This document shows positions 18,407 to 27,085 of a stretch of 64,000 nt of DNA, one piece after another. Position 1 is the stretch's first letter. Each line of letters begins with the position of its first letter. The translations under genes were made by a program, and so were the position numbers. This DNA comes from an uncultured Clostridia bacterium (GTDB lineage: Bacteria > Bacillota > Clostridia > Christensenellales > UBA3700), in the NCBI GenBank assembly GCA_944383935.1, contig CALWRK010000002.1, positions 1,064 through 65,063 on the forward strand, in the 5' to 3' direction. Below the pieces are notes generated by a model. That model did not search any database, was not told the DNA's origin, and saw only the letters and a list, made by a program, of their open reading frames with translations.

Positions 18407-19247
18407 AGTAGCACCTCCTCATCAAGCTCGCATCGCGCGTCTGAGTACCCGCGCTTTCACAGATAACATACGGTTGGATATTAAATTCCGCAAACACCTC
18501 CATAAGCGGCTCGTATGGCGGTCCGTACTTATCGTCATCAAAAGTAAGATGACGCACTTCTCCCTTTGCGGAGTATTCTATTTTGGAAAAATGAACGTGC
18601 ATAATGTTCGTCTTTTCCTCTCCCACGCCTTTCATGAGCGATTCTATCACTCTCTTATAGTCGTCTTTTGTGAAGAAAACGCCTTGGTCGCGAGCATTAA
18701 GATGCCCGAAATCTATGCACGGAATAAAAGTTGCATCCAGCGAGCACATCTCTATTACTTCATTCAGCGTACCTATCTGCGCCTGTTTTCCCATCGTTTC
18801 CAAACACAGATATTTGTCGCCGTAACCGTACTCATCTTTTAGGCGCGCCACCCTTTCTAACCTACGCATGAGTATATCCATGGCATCTGCCCTGCTCAAT
18901 TTGAGCGGCGAACCGGGATGAACCACGCATCTGTTGCCTCCAAACCAAGTAAGCGCCGCGAGCGAATCGAATATGTAGCGGTGATTATTCTCCGCCTTTT
19001 CCTCTTCCTGCGTCGCCAAATTTATAAAATACGGCGCGTGCACGGAGATCTCTTTGCCATAGCGGCTAAATTCCTCACCTATCCCCCTAGCCGTACTCTC
19101 TTGTATTCTCACGCCTCTTCCAAATGAATATTCAAAGCAGTCCAACTCGTGTTCGGCAAGCCATGCAGGCACCTCTATCGTATGCGCATGACCCGCTTGC
19201 AAAAAATCTTCACTTGTTCCGCTGGGTCCGAATTTTATCATCTTCAA
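18390..19247 (-). CDS. endonuclease IV-family TIM-barrel protein (putative deoxyribonuclease IV)
   Basis: 285 aa. HAPYFINLA, LCLETMG, IDFGHLNA and HVHFSKIEY...RHLTF resemble the Nfo metal-binding blocks. Confidence 0.65.
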   Translation of the reverse strand: MKMIKFGPSGTSEDFLQAGHAHTIEVPAWLAEHELDCFEYSFGRGVRIQESTARGIGEEFSRYGKEISVHAPYFINLATQEEEKAENNHRYIFDSLAALTWFGGNRCVVHPGSPLKLSRADAMDILMRRLERVARLKDEYGYGDKYLCLETMGKQAQIGTLNEVIEMCSLDATFIPCIDFGHLNARDQGVFFTKDDYKRVIESLMKGVGEEKTNIMHVHFSKIEYSAKGEVRHLTFDDDKYGPPYEPLMEVFAEFNIQPYVICESAGTQTRDASLMRRCYYAVKR

Positions 19248-20157
19248 ATTTTCGCAGCGCGTATCCGACGTCCTTTGTCAGTTGCGCGGCTATTTCCTCC
19301 TTGGAATTGAATTTATATATATCTCTTATTTTGTCCATAAATTCTACGGTGATCGTTTTACCGTATAAGTCGCCGTCGAATCCTATGATATGCGTTTCCA
19401 CATTCTCCGAATAGTCAGAAAAGGTGGGATGAGTCCCCACATTGGTTATGCAGGGATAGCGCCTTTTGTACAGCACTACGTTGGTGTAATATACGCCGTT
19501 TGCGGGCTTTAACTTGTCCTTATTCAAATTTATGTTTGCAGTGGGAAAGCCCATCTTGTGCCCGTCGCATCTGCCGCGGACAACCTCTCCACGAATTATA
19601 TAAGGAAGTGGCAAGCAGGAATTTACCAAACATATATCTCCGATTTTCAGATATTGTCTTATCTTTCTGGAAGCTATTTTTTCGCCGTATAAATCGGTGA
19701 GAAGATTCATGGTATACAATTTTATCTCTTTTTTTTCACAATAGCTTTTCAATGAAGAAATATCGCCCGCTCCCATTGCGCCATAGGTATAATCGCTCCC
19801 GCACACAATCGCTTTAACATTAAACGAATTTGTTAAATTATCCAAAAATTTTTCGGGAGAAGTTGCGAGAAGCTTTTCGTCGGTATGTGCGACAATGGCG
19901 ATGTGTACTCCCAATTCGTCCATACGATATAACCGCTCTTCAAGCGTGAATATCTCGCCCTCGAAGTCTGCGTTCATGACTGTTGCGGGAGAGGGATCGA
20001 AGGTGAATATACCCGCCTCTATGCCGGTTTCGGCGGCAATATCCTTTGCCCTGTCCAGTAGGCGGACGTGCCCGAGGTGCAGGCAATCGAAAAAGCCCAG
20101 ACACAGCGCTATCGGCTGTGAGCTGCCAGTATTATAGTCAAAAACTTTTACGCCCAT
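19210..20157 (-). CDS. ribF: bifunctional riboflavin kinase / FMN adenylyltransferase
   Basis: LGFFDCLHLGH nucleotidyltransferase motif and a C-terminal riboflavin kinase domain (GFPTANI). Start taken at MGVKVFDY. Confidence 0.9.
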   Translation of the reverse strand: MGVKVFDYNTGSSQPIALCLGFFDCLHLGHVRLLDRAKDIAAETGIEAGIFTFDPSPATVMNADFEGEIFTLEERLYRMDELGVHIAIVAHTDEKLLATSPEKFLDNLTNSFNVKAIVCGSDYTYGAMGAGDISSLKSYCEKKEIKLYTMNLLTDLYGEKIASRKIRQYLKIGDICLVNSCLPLPYIIRGEVVRGRCDGHKMGFPTANINLNKDKLKPANGVYYTNVVLYKRRYPCITNVGTHPTFSDYSENVETHIIGFDGDLYGKTITVEFMDKIRDIYKFNSKEEIAAQLTKDVGYALRKFEDDKIRTQRNK

Positions 20158-21062
20158 AAATTTATTTTTGCCTTTATCTTCCCGCCGCGGCATTCCGCCA
20201 ACGCGTATTCCCTTCCGTCTATGGTTACCAAGACCTCTCCGTCACACTTATCCGTAAAAACCGAGATGCCGTTTGTAAACTTTTTTATCTGTTCTTTCGG
20301 CAGTTCAATCCTGTCGAACATTCCATCCAGCGCCTTTGTCACCGGTATCAGTTTATCGAGCGGCGCTGTACGCGCTTCTTCTATCGTACACGCTTCATTC
20401 AATGTAAAATTGCCGCTATATGTGCGTATCAATGAGGTCATCGTAGCCAAACTGTTACATGAATAAGCAATATCCCTGCACAGCGAACGAATATATGTGC
20501 CGCCGCCGCAATCGACTTGATAGGACATAGTGTAAACGGGTTCATTCTCTTCATATTCGCTCTTTCCGTTGACTTCGAGTACGCTCAGCGAATATATATG
20601 TACTCGCGCTGCGCGCATCTTCACTTCTTCCCCCGCCCGTGCCAGTTTGTACGCCTTTACTCCGCCCACGCTCTTTGCGCTGAATGCGGGCGGAATCTGC
20701 TCTATTTCGCCAATAAAATTCTTCATGGCGCCCTTAACTTCTGCCACGGAGGGATAAATAGAGTTGCTGCAAACCTCTTTGCCCTCGCCGTCCAGGGTAT
20801 CAGTTTCCCTTCCGAAAGCCATGGATGCAACATATCCCTTCTTCTTATTCATAAGAATATCGAAAAGTCTTGCCGCCTTGCCGGCAGCCACGACAAGCAC
20901 TCCCGTCGCCATGGGGTCGAGCGTCCCCATATGCCCCACCTTGACTTTATATCCCGCAACCTTGGACAGACTGCCGCGGACTACCGCAACTACGTCCGCA
21001 GAAGTCCAGCCGGCAGGTTTATCAATGCAGAAAAATCCGCTTATTCCAGATAATCCCTGCAT
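20148..21062 (-). CDS. truB: tRNA pseudouridine(55) synthase
   Basis: KPAGWTSADVV and GHMGTLDPMATGVL catalytic Asp motif. Confidence 0.9.
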   Translation of the reverse strand: MQGLSGISGFFCIDKPAGWTSADVVAVVRGSLSKVAGYKVKVGHMGTLDPMATGVLVVAAGKAARLFDILMNKKKGYVASMAFGRETDTLDGEGKEVCSNSIYPSVAEVKGAMKNFIGEIEQIPPAFSAKSVGGVKAYKLARAGEEVKMRAARVHIYSLSVLEVNGKSEYEENEPVYTMSYQVDCGGGTYIRSLCRDIAYSCNSLATMTSLIRTYSGNFTLNEACTIEEARTAPLDKLIPVTKALDGMFDRIELPKEQIKKFTNGISVFTDKCDGEVLVTIDGREYALAECRGGKIKAKINLWA

Positions 21063-22009
21063 ACTTTAAGCACCTTTTCTTTAACTTCTTCGTACGAGCC
21101 GAATATCCTGCACCCTGCGGCGCGTGCGTGTCCGCCTCCTCCGAATACGGAGGCGATACGATTGGCGTCCGCTCTTTCGTCCGTCCTGAAACTGACTTTA
21201 TACTCTCCGCCCGAAGCTATGGTCACGGACGCGGCAATATGCACGCCCTCAACTTGGCGTATGCTGTTTATTATTCCCGTGGTATCGGATATAGATGTGC
21301 CCGTTTCTTCGAAATCCTCCGCATTAAAGTGAATATAGCCAATACTACCTCCTTCGAAAAATTCCGCTTTGGACAGCACCCTCGTCTTTAAGGCGAATAC
21401 CGCCGGGGTGACGTCTTGCATAAAATACTCCACTATCTTATGCCCCTGAACGCCCAGATCCAGCAACTCGCCGGCGATGCGCATAGTCTCGCCCGTAACA
21501 GAGGAAAAACCGAATGCGCCGCTATCGGTTACAAGCGCGGTATACAGCAATCCCGCGATGTCGGAATCAATGGGTTTTGAGGCATAAATATGCTTTATAA
21601 GTTTGAATACCGGCTGGGCAGCCGCCGCCACGCCCCTTTCCACATATGTATAATCGGCATAATCGTTATTGCTGACATGATGGTCCACGCAGGCACTTAT
21701 GCGTGCCCGGCGAAGTATATTCGCGTGTCCGGCAAGTAAATTGATGTCAGAACAGTCCACTGCTATCGCCAACTCGTAGCGCTCTTTGGGTATATCCTGC
21801 CTGAGCTCTTCTGCGGAATAAAGCGTGCTCAGCTTTGTTCCGGGCTTATCCGCGCAAAAGACGTCTGTGCTTCTGCCCGTCCGCTTTATGGCGTTATATA
21901 GTGCAAGCCCCGAACCGAGAGTGTCTCCGTCGGGGTTGGCGTGGCATATGATCGCAATCTTTTTTGCCCTTATTATAAGTTGATAAATCTTCTCTTCGCC
22001 GCAGATCAT
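21041..22009 (-). CDS. nrnA: DHH/DHHA1 phosphoesterase (NrnA-type oligoribonuclease/pAp phosphatase)
   Basis: HANPDGDTLGS, VDHHVSN (DHH) and GGGHARAAG (DHHA1) motifs. Confidence 0.85.
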   Translation of the reverse strand: MICGEEKIYQLIIRAKKIAIICHANPDGDTLGSGLALYNAIKRTGRSTDVFCADKPGTKLSTLYSAEELRQDIPKERYELAIAVDCSDINLLAGHANILRRARISACVDHHVSNNDYADYTYVERGVAAAAQPVFKLIKHIYASKPIDSDIAGLLYTALVTDSGAFGFSSVTGETMRIAGELLDLGVQGHKIVEYFMQDVTPAVFALKTRVLSKAEFFEGGSIGYIHFNAEDFEETGTSISDTTGIINSIRQVEGVHIAASVTIASGGEYKVSFRTDERADANRIASVFGGGGHARAAGCRIFGSYEEVKEKVLKVCRDYLE

Positions 22010-22347
22010 GAATCCGTCCTTATCTTTTTCAATATCGCCTCTATTTCGGCGGCGTATTCTGCGCCCCTGTCCAACACGAATTTGAGCGCGGGCATGGTGC
22101 GGATATCCATAAGCTCTTTCAAACGCGAGCGCAAAAATCCCGCCGAGTGATTAAGTCCGTTCACCGCCTGTTCTCCGTCTCCGCCGAATACGCTCACGCT
22201 GACGAGTGCGCGTGACAGTTCACTGTCCACCTTCACGTCCGTAATGCCTATTATACATTCGGATACGCGAGGGTCGCGCACATTGTCCTTGATGAGCACG
22301 GACAGCCGCTTCATTATCTCCGACTGTATCCTCTCCGTCTTGTTCAT
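22006..22347 (-). CDS. rbfA: ribosome-binding factor A
   Basis: 113 aa. RIQSEIMKRLSVLI..VRDPR pattern. Located downstream of infB. Confidence 0.88.
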   Translation of the reverse strand: MNKTERIQSEIMKRLSVLIKDNVRDPRVSECIIGITDVKVDSELSRALVSVSVFGGDGEQAVNGLNHSAGFLRSRLKELMDIRTMPALKFVLDRGAEYAAEIEAILKKIRTDS

Positions 22348-24857
22348 TATTCATTCACCTGTTTAAGCAGATATGCCTCTATCGTGTCGCCCTTCTTGAT
22401 ATCTCCCCACTTTTGCAGACCTACGCCGCATTCATAGCCGTGAGCGACCTCTTTAGCGTCGTCTTTTTCCCTTTTGAGCGAGTTGAGTACGCCGTTGTAG
22501 ATGATGATATTATCGCGCACAAGCCTTATCTTGCAGCCGCGCTGGAGCTTTCCGTCCGTGACATAGCAGCCGGCGATATTGCCTACGCCGGTAATTCTAA
22601 ACACCTCTCGAACCTCCGCGTGACCGATGATCTCCTCTTCGTAGATAGGCTCTACCATGCCGCTGAGGATATTTGTCACCTCGTCTATGGCGTCATAAAT
22701 TACAGAGTATGTGCGTATTTCCACGCCCGTCCTGTCCGCCATGGCGCGAGCCTTGGCATCAGCCTTCACGTTGAATCCGATAATTATAGCCCCGGAAGTG
22801 TCTGCAAGCATAACGTCCGATTCGTTTATCGCGCCCGCAGCGCTGTGTATCACGCGGATTTCTATGTTCTTGGAAGCCATCTCGTCGCCCAATTTTAACA
22901 TAGCTTGCTTGACCGCCTCTACGGAGCCTTGGACGTCGCCCTTTATTATCATTGCCAGGCGTTTGACTTCCGTGCCGTCTGTATTCTTGAACAGCTCTTC
23001 CAAGCTGCCGCGCTGACCCACCGATTTAAGCGCCTGTGCTGCTTTTTCCTTGGCAATACGCTCTTCCGCAACCAGCTTTGCCAATGCCGAGTCCTTGACG
23101 GCAACCAAATTATCGCCCGCATTGGGAACGGCGGTAAAGCCCTGAACCTGTACTGCGTATGAAGGACCCGCCTCTTTCACTCTCTTGCCGTTGAAATCGG
23201 TCATCGCCCTTATTCTGCCCACGCAAGTTCCCGCTATGACGTGGTCGGCTACGCGCAAGGTGCCGTTCTGTACCAGCACTGTCGCCACGGGACCCAATCC
23301 CTTATCAAGTCTTGCTTCGATGATGGAGCCGCTCGCCATGCAATCTTTATCCGCTTTGAGTTCCATGATATCCGCCACAAGCAATACGCATTCCAGCAGT
23401 TCATGAACACCCGTGCCTAATTTTGCACTTACGGGACAGACATAAACGTCACCGCCCCAATCCTCGGGGACAAGTCCGTAGGTGCCTATTTGGTTCTTTA
23501 CCCTGTCTATGTTAGCACCTGGTTTATCTATCTTGTTGACGGCTATTATTATCTGAACGCCGGCGTTTTTCGCATGGTTGATCGCCTCCACCGTCTGAGG
23601 CATGATTCCGTCGTCTGCCGCCACGACTATTATTGCGATATCGGTGACCTGTGCGCCGCGCTGACGCATCGCCGTAAACGCCTCGTGACCGGGAGTATCC
23701 AAGAAAGTTATGGGCTTTCCGTCCAAATCTATGGTATAAGCGCCGATATGCTGCGTGATGCCGCCCGCTTCGCCCTTAACCACGTTGGTCTTGCGTATAT
23801 AGTCGAGAAGGGACGTCTTTCCGTGGTCGACATGACCCATAATCGCCACGACGGGAGGACGGGGCACGAGATGTGCATTCTCCTTTTCCTCGCGCTCTAT
23901 CTCCGCCAGTTTATCCTCCGCGGTGACGTCGGGGACATAGGTGAGAGTGATGTCGTAGTCGATGGCGATAAGCTCTGCGGTTTCAAAATCTATGGAGTCG
24001 TTAATCGTGCACATCTTGCCCATGTCGAACAACTTTTTGACTATCTCCGCGGCGGACTTACCTATCTTCTCGCTGAACACCTTTATGGGAATTATGTCCG
24101 TGCTCACCTCGGCATGGTCTATCTTGGTGACGGACTGAGATACGTCGCGCTGCGCTTTGCGCTGCTTTTTATACCTCACATCGCCGTCATCTTCTCCGTT
24201 ATCGTCATATACATAGCCTTTTTTGATCAAATCACGCTTTGAAAGCGCCTTTTTCTGTTCATCTTTCTGAACAAAGCCGCTCTTTTTCTTCTTGTCCGCT
24301 CCTCCCTTGACGTTGGATATGGGAGCGGGCGGAGGCGCGATAACCGTTCCCCTGCTTTGAGAAGGACGTCTGTCCGAAACGGGCTTTTGATCGCGAGGAG
24401 GAAACTTCCTCTCACCGACGCCGCCAGTACGCTTCCTGTCCGCATTTAAGAACTCGGGATTTATATACGTCGTCTTAGATTTGGATTCCGCAGTGGGCTT
24501 GGGCGCTTCCGTCTTAGGCTGTACGGGAGAAGCCTTCTTTTCCTCTTTTACAGGCTCGGGGGCGGGTTTTTCTTTCTCCTCCAAGGGAGCTTTTTCCTCC
24601 TTTTTAACCTGTACTTCCGCCTGCTCCTTAGGCACAATCTCTTGGGCTTTGGCTCTGTTCTCCTCTTCTTTTTTTGCGTGCTCCGCAGCCAGCTGGGCTT
24701 CCACCAGCCGGCGTTTTATGCCTTGAATCTTCTCCGCGAGAGCGGGAATCCCGGAGCGCTTCTCCTTCACGCTGCGAAGGAGAGGAGCGACCTTTCCGCC
24801 CAAAACCGCGTCGATGTCCTTTATAAACTTGGTTATATCCACATTCTCGTTACTCAT
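22347..24857 (-). CDS. infB: translation initiation factor IF-2
   Basis: 836 aa. K/E/P-rich N-terminus and a GTPase domain with VAIMGHVDHGKTSLLD, DTPGHEAF and NKIDK. Confidence 0.95.
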   Translation of the reverse strand: MSNENVDITKFIKDIDAVLGGKVAPLLRSVKEKRSGIPALAEKIQGIKRRLVEAQLAAEHAKKEEENRAKAQEIVPKEQAEVQVKKEEKAPLEEKEKPAPEPVKEEKKASPVQPKTEAPKPTAESKSKTTYINPEFLNADRKRTGGVGERKFPPRDQKPVSDRRPSQSRGTVIAPPPAPISNVKGGADKKKKSGFVQKDEQKKALSKRDLIKKGYVYDDNGEDDGDVRYKKQRKAQRDVSQSVTKIDHAEVSTDIIPIKVFSEKIGKSAAEIVKKLFDMGKMCTINDSIDFETAELIAIDYDITLTYVPDVTAEDKLAEIEREEKENAHLVPRPPVVAIMGHVDHGKTSLLDYIRKTNVVKGEAGGITQHIGAYTIDLDGKPITFLDTPGHEAFTAMRQRGAQVTDIAIIVVAADDGIMPQTVEAINHAKNAGVQIIIAVNKIDKPGANIDRVKNQIGTYGLVPEDWGGDVYVCPVSAKLGTGVHELLECVLLVADIMELKADKDCMASGSIIEARLDKGLGPVATVLVQNGTLRVADHVIAGTCVGRIRAMTDFNGKRVKEAGPSYAVQVQGFTAVPNAGDNLVAVKDSALAKLVAEERIAKEKAAQALKSVGQRGSLEELFKNTDGTEVKRLAMIIKGDVQGSVEAVKQAMLKLGDEMASKNIEIRVIHSAAGAINESDVMLADTSGAIIIGFNVKADAKARAMADRTGVEIRTYSVIYDAIDEVTNILSGMVEPIYEEEIIGHAEVREVFRITGVGNIAGCYVTDGKLQRGCKIRLVRDNIIIYNGVLNSLKREKDDAKEVAHGYECGVGLQKWGDIKKGDTIEAYLLKQVNE

Positions 24858-25172
24858 TTATACCTCCGTTATTATGCCCAATTCGTCCGATTGCAATATT
24901 GCGCTCGCCAAACTTTCATTGGTTATGGCGATAAGTTTTACCTTTTCCCGGTGTACCGCGCCGGCGATATATCCGCTTTTACACTTTATCAACCGAATAT
25001 CCTCCCCTTGAAGGAAGTTATTCAGCTTGCGCTTTGTGGCATCTCCGATATTTGCGTCGCATAGCACCAGCTTTATCCGTTTTTTTTCTTTGGGCAGGCT
25101 GTCCATACCGAACACGACCGCCCTCGATCGGAGTGCAAATCCTATATATGAGTCAATTTTTTGACTTTGCAT
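24858..25172 (-). CDS. ylxQ: L7Ae-family RNA-binding protein YlxQ
   Basis: YIGFALRSRAVVFG...KLVLCDANIG pattern between ylxR and infB. The start is ambiguous (ATG 25172 or 25193). Confidence 0.7.
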   Translation of the reverse strand: MQSQKIDSYIGFALRSRAVVFGMDSLPKEKKRIKLVLCDANIGDATKRKLNNFLQGEDIRLIKCKSGYIAGAVHREKVKLIAITNESLASAILQSDELGIITEV

Positions 25173-25419
25173 ATTCCGTTGCAATGTACTCATACACCTC
25201 GTCGGACACGTTGGCGTCAAGTGCCCTGCCTATCAGCTTATTCTTCACGCACTTTTTTATGCACTCGGGATTGTCGCATATATAAGCGCCTCTTCCCGAC
25301 GCCTTACCCGTAAAATCCAGCTTTATATTGCCGTCTTTATCGCGGACTATGCGCAGCATATCCTTTTTCTCTTTTGCCTGACGGCAAGCGATACACGTCC
25401 TGACTACCGGTTTTTTCAT
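25153..25419 (-). CDS. ylxR: YlxR-family (DUF448) RNA-binding protein
   Basis: 88 aa. RTCIACRQAKEKKDMLRIV and GRGAYIC motifs. Confidence 0.85.
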   Translation of the reverse strand: MKKPVVRTCIACRQAKEKKDMLRIVRDKDGNIKLDFTGKASGRGAYICDNPECIKKCVKNKLIGRALDANVSDEVYEYIATEYAKSKN

Positions 25420-25420
25420 A

Positions 25421-26497
25421 TCAGTTTTCGAATACGTCGCCCACGATCCCGCTCACTTCGGAGTAAGGCTTTACGTCTATCTTCCATTCGGTGAGTTTGG
25501 CCGCCAGCCTGACATTTTGTCCCGCCTTGCCTATCGCGAGAGAGAGTTTGTCGTCGGGAACTATGGCGGTCGCCTTCTTCTCTTCCTCGTTTATCTGCAC
25601 CATCATCGCCTTTGCTGGGCTGAGCGCACGGGCGATGAATTCGCTTATGTCCGAGCACCACTCGATGACGTCTATCTTCTCCCCGTCCAGCTCGTGGACG
25701 ATATTATTGATACGCATTCCGCGGGGACCGACACAGCTGCCTACGCAGTCGAGCGAAGGATCGTCCGATGTGACCGCCATCTTGGTCCTGTAACCCGCTT
25801 CGCGCACTATCTTCTTGATTACAACGAGATTGGACCTGATTTCGGGCACTTCCATTTCGAAAAGCCTCTTTACAAATCCAACGCAAGAACGGGAAACTAT
25901 CACCTGAGAGTTGCCTCTTGCGGAGGTGCGCACACTCTTGACGTATACCTTTATTATCTCGTTTACCGCATATTTCTCACCGCGAATCTGGTCGGAAGGC
26001 ATCATTATGCCCTCCATCTGAGATCCACTTATTTCCACATATACGTTATTGTTTTCTATTCTGCGGATGATGGCGGTGACTATTTCGCCCTCTTTTTCGT
26101 TCATCTCGTTCAAGACCATATTCTTGCGTTCATCGTTTATGCGCTGCATGATAACTTGCTTTGCTGTTTGGGCGGCGATGCGGGTGAATAGCTTTGTAGA
26201 CAGCTCTTCATCAATAAAATGATCCCCGATATTGTATATCTCCTTGACCTTGCGAGCGTCTTCCAGCGAGACCTCCTTTTCTTCGTCCGTAACCTCATCC
26301 ACGACAGTCCTGTAAGCGAACACTCTTATGGTGTACTTTGCGGGATTGAGCTGCACGTCGATGCCGCGGTTTAAGCCCGTTTCCTTCTTATAAGCGGAGC
26401 TTATGCCCGCTTCGAGGGATTTGATAAACGAATCCTTACTTATCTTCCTTTCCTTTTCAAGCAAATCGAGCGCCTGAAAGAAATCCTTGTTGACCAT
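25421..26497 (-). CDS. nusA: transcription termination/antitermination factor NusA
   Basis: 358 aa with an N-terminal domain, an S1 domain and two KH domains (CVGPRGMRI, AIGKAGQNVRLA). Confidence 0.95.
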   Translation of the reverse strand: MVNKDFFQALDLLEKERKISKDSFIKSLEAGISSAYKKETGLNRGIDVQLNPAKYTIRVFAYRTVVDEVTDEEKEVSLEDARKVKEIYNIGDHFIDEELSTKLFTRIAAQTAKQVIMQRINDERKNMVLNEMNEKEGEIVTAIIRRIENNNVYVEISGSQMEGIMMPSDQIRGEKYAVNEIIKVYVKSVRTSARGNSQVIVSRSCVGFVKRLFEMEVPEIRSNLVVIKKIVREAGYRTKMAVTSDDPSLDCVGSCVGPRGMRINNIVHELDGEKIDVIEWCSDISEFIARALSPAKAMMVQINEEEKKATAIVPDDKLSLAIGKAGQNVRLAAKLTEWKIDVKPYSEVSGIVGDVFEN

Positions 26498-26506
26498 TTT
26501 ATCCTC

Positions 26507-26965
26507 CTAAAATTCGATGTACGGCTTTGCCGCCGCAATCTGCTTTAATTGTATTTTTATGGTTTTGTCGCCCTCTTTGAGCGTTATCTCCTCTCCTTCG
26601 ATGCCGTCGAGTATGGCAATGAACTTCTTTTTACCGTCCACGGGCGCGTAGAGGGAAACCTCCACTTTTTCCCCTATTTTGCGCTTGAAGTCGCGCTCTG
26701 TTTTCAGCGGCCTGTCCAAACCGGGAGAAGAAACGTTCAAATTGTATGCCACTCCGTCTGTGGGGTCCAACTCATCCATCGGCTCGTCTATCAGCCTGTG
26801 TATCTTTTCACAGTCGTCCAAACTTACACCGCCTTCCTTATCTATATATATGGTGAGCGTGGGGGTGCCGTACTGTTTTTTATACTCCACTTCCACAAGC
26901 TCCATACCTGCCGCCTCCACTATGGGACGCACCAATGCCTCTGCCGCATCCGCTATCTTTGACAT
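26507..26965 (-). CDS. rimP: ribosome maturation factor RimP
   Basis: 152 aa. LVEVEY...TLTIYIDKEGGVSLDDCEKI pattern. Located upstream of nusA. Confidence 0.9.
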   Translation of the reverse strand: MSKIADAAEALVRPIVEAAGMELVEVEYKKQYGTPTLTIYIDKEGGVSLDDCEKIHRLIDEPMDELDPTDGVAYNLNVSSPGLDRPLKTERDFKRKIGEKVEVSLYAPVDGKKKFIAILDGIEGEEITLKEGDKTIKIQLKQIAAAKPYIEF

Positions 26966-26983
26966 ACTCCCTCCTTATAGCAT

Positions 26984-27012
26984 TTGAGCGACCGATTTGC
27001 TCGGTCGCTCAA
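26984..27012 (-). promoter_or_regulatory. perfect 12-bp stem-loop in the rimP-nusA-infB leader
   Basis: UUGAGCGACCGA-gcaaa-UCGGUCGCUCAA lies between the predicted promoter (27039..27067) and the rimP SD. It is followed by augcuauaAGGAGGgagu-AUG, with no U-tract. Confidence 0.6.
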
Positions 27013-27038
27013 ATAAATTTCTTTATTCTTGCACATAT

Positions 27039-27067
27039 ATTATAGCAAGTCCGCAATCAAAACGCAA
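27039..27067 (-). promoter_or_regulatory. sigma-A promoter of the rimP-nusA-infB operon (extended -10)
   Basis: Minus strand reads TTGCGT-17 nt-(TGc)TATAAT, about 70 nt upstream of the rimP ATG. Confidence 0.6.
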
Positions 27068-27085
27068 CTGTTTGCGACAATATTT

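Noticed and set aside
25416-25661. 81-aa minus-strand ORF overlapping the nusA 3' end in another frame, plus similar small nested ORFs (e.g. 13558..14232, 53693..54160, 59444..60037)
   Set aside because: They are embedded out of frame in strongly supported genes. The products are R/G-rich translation artefacts.
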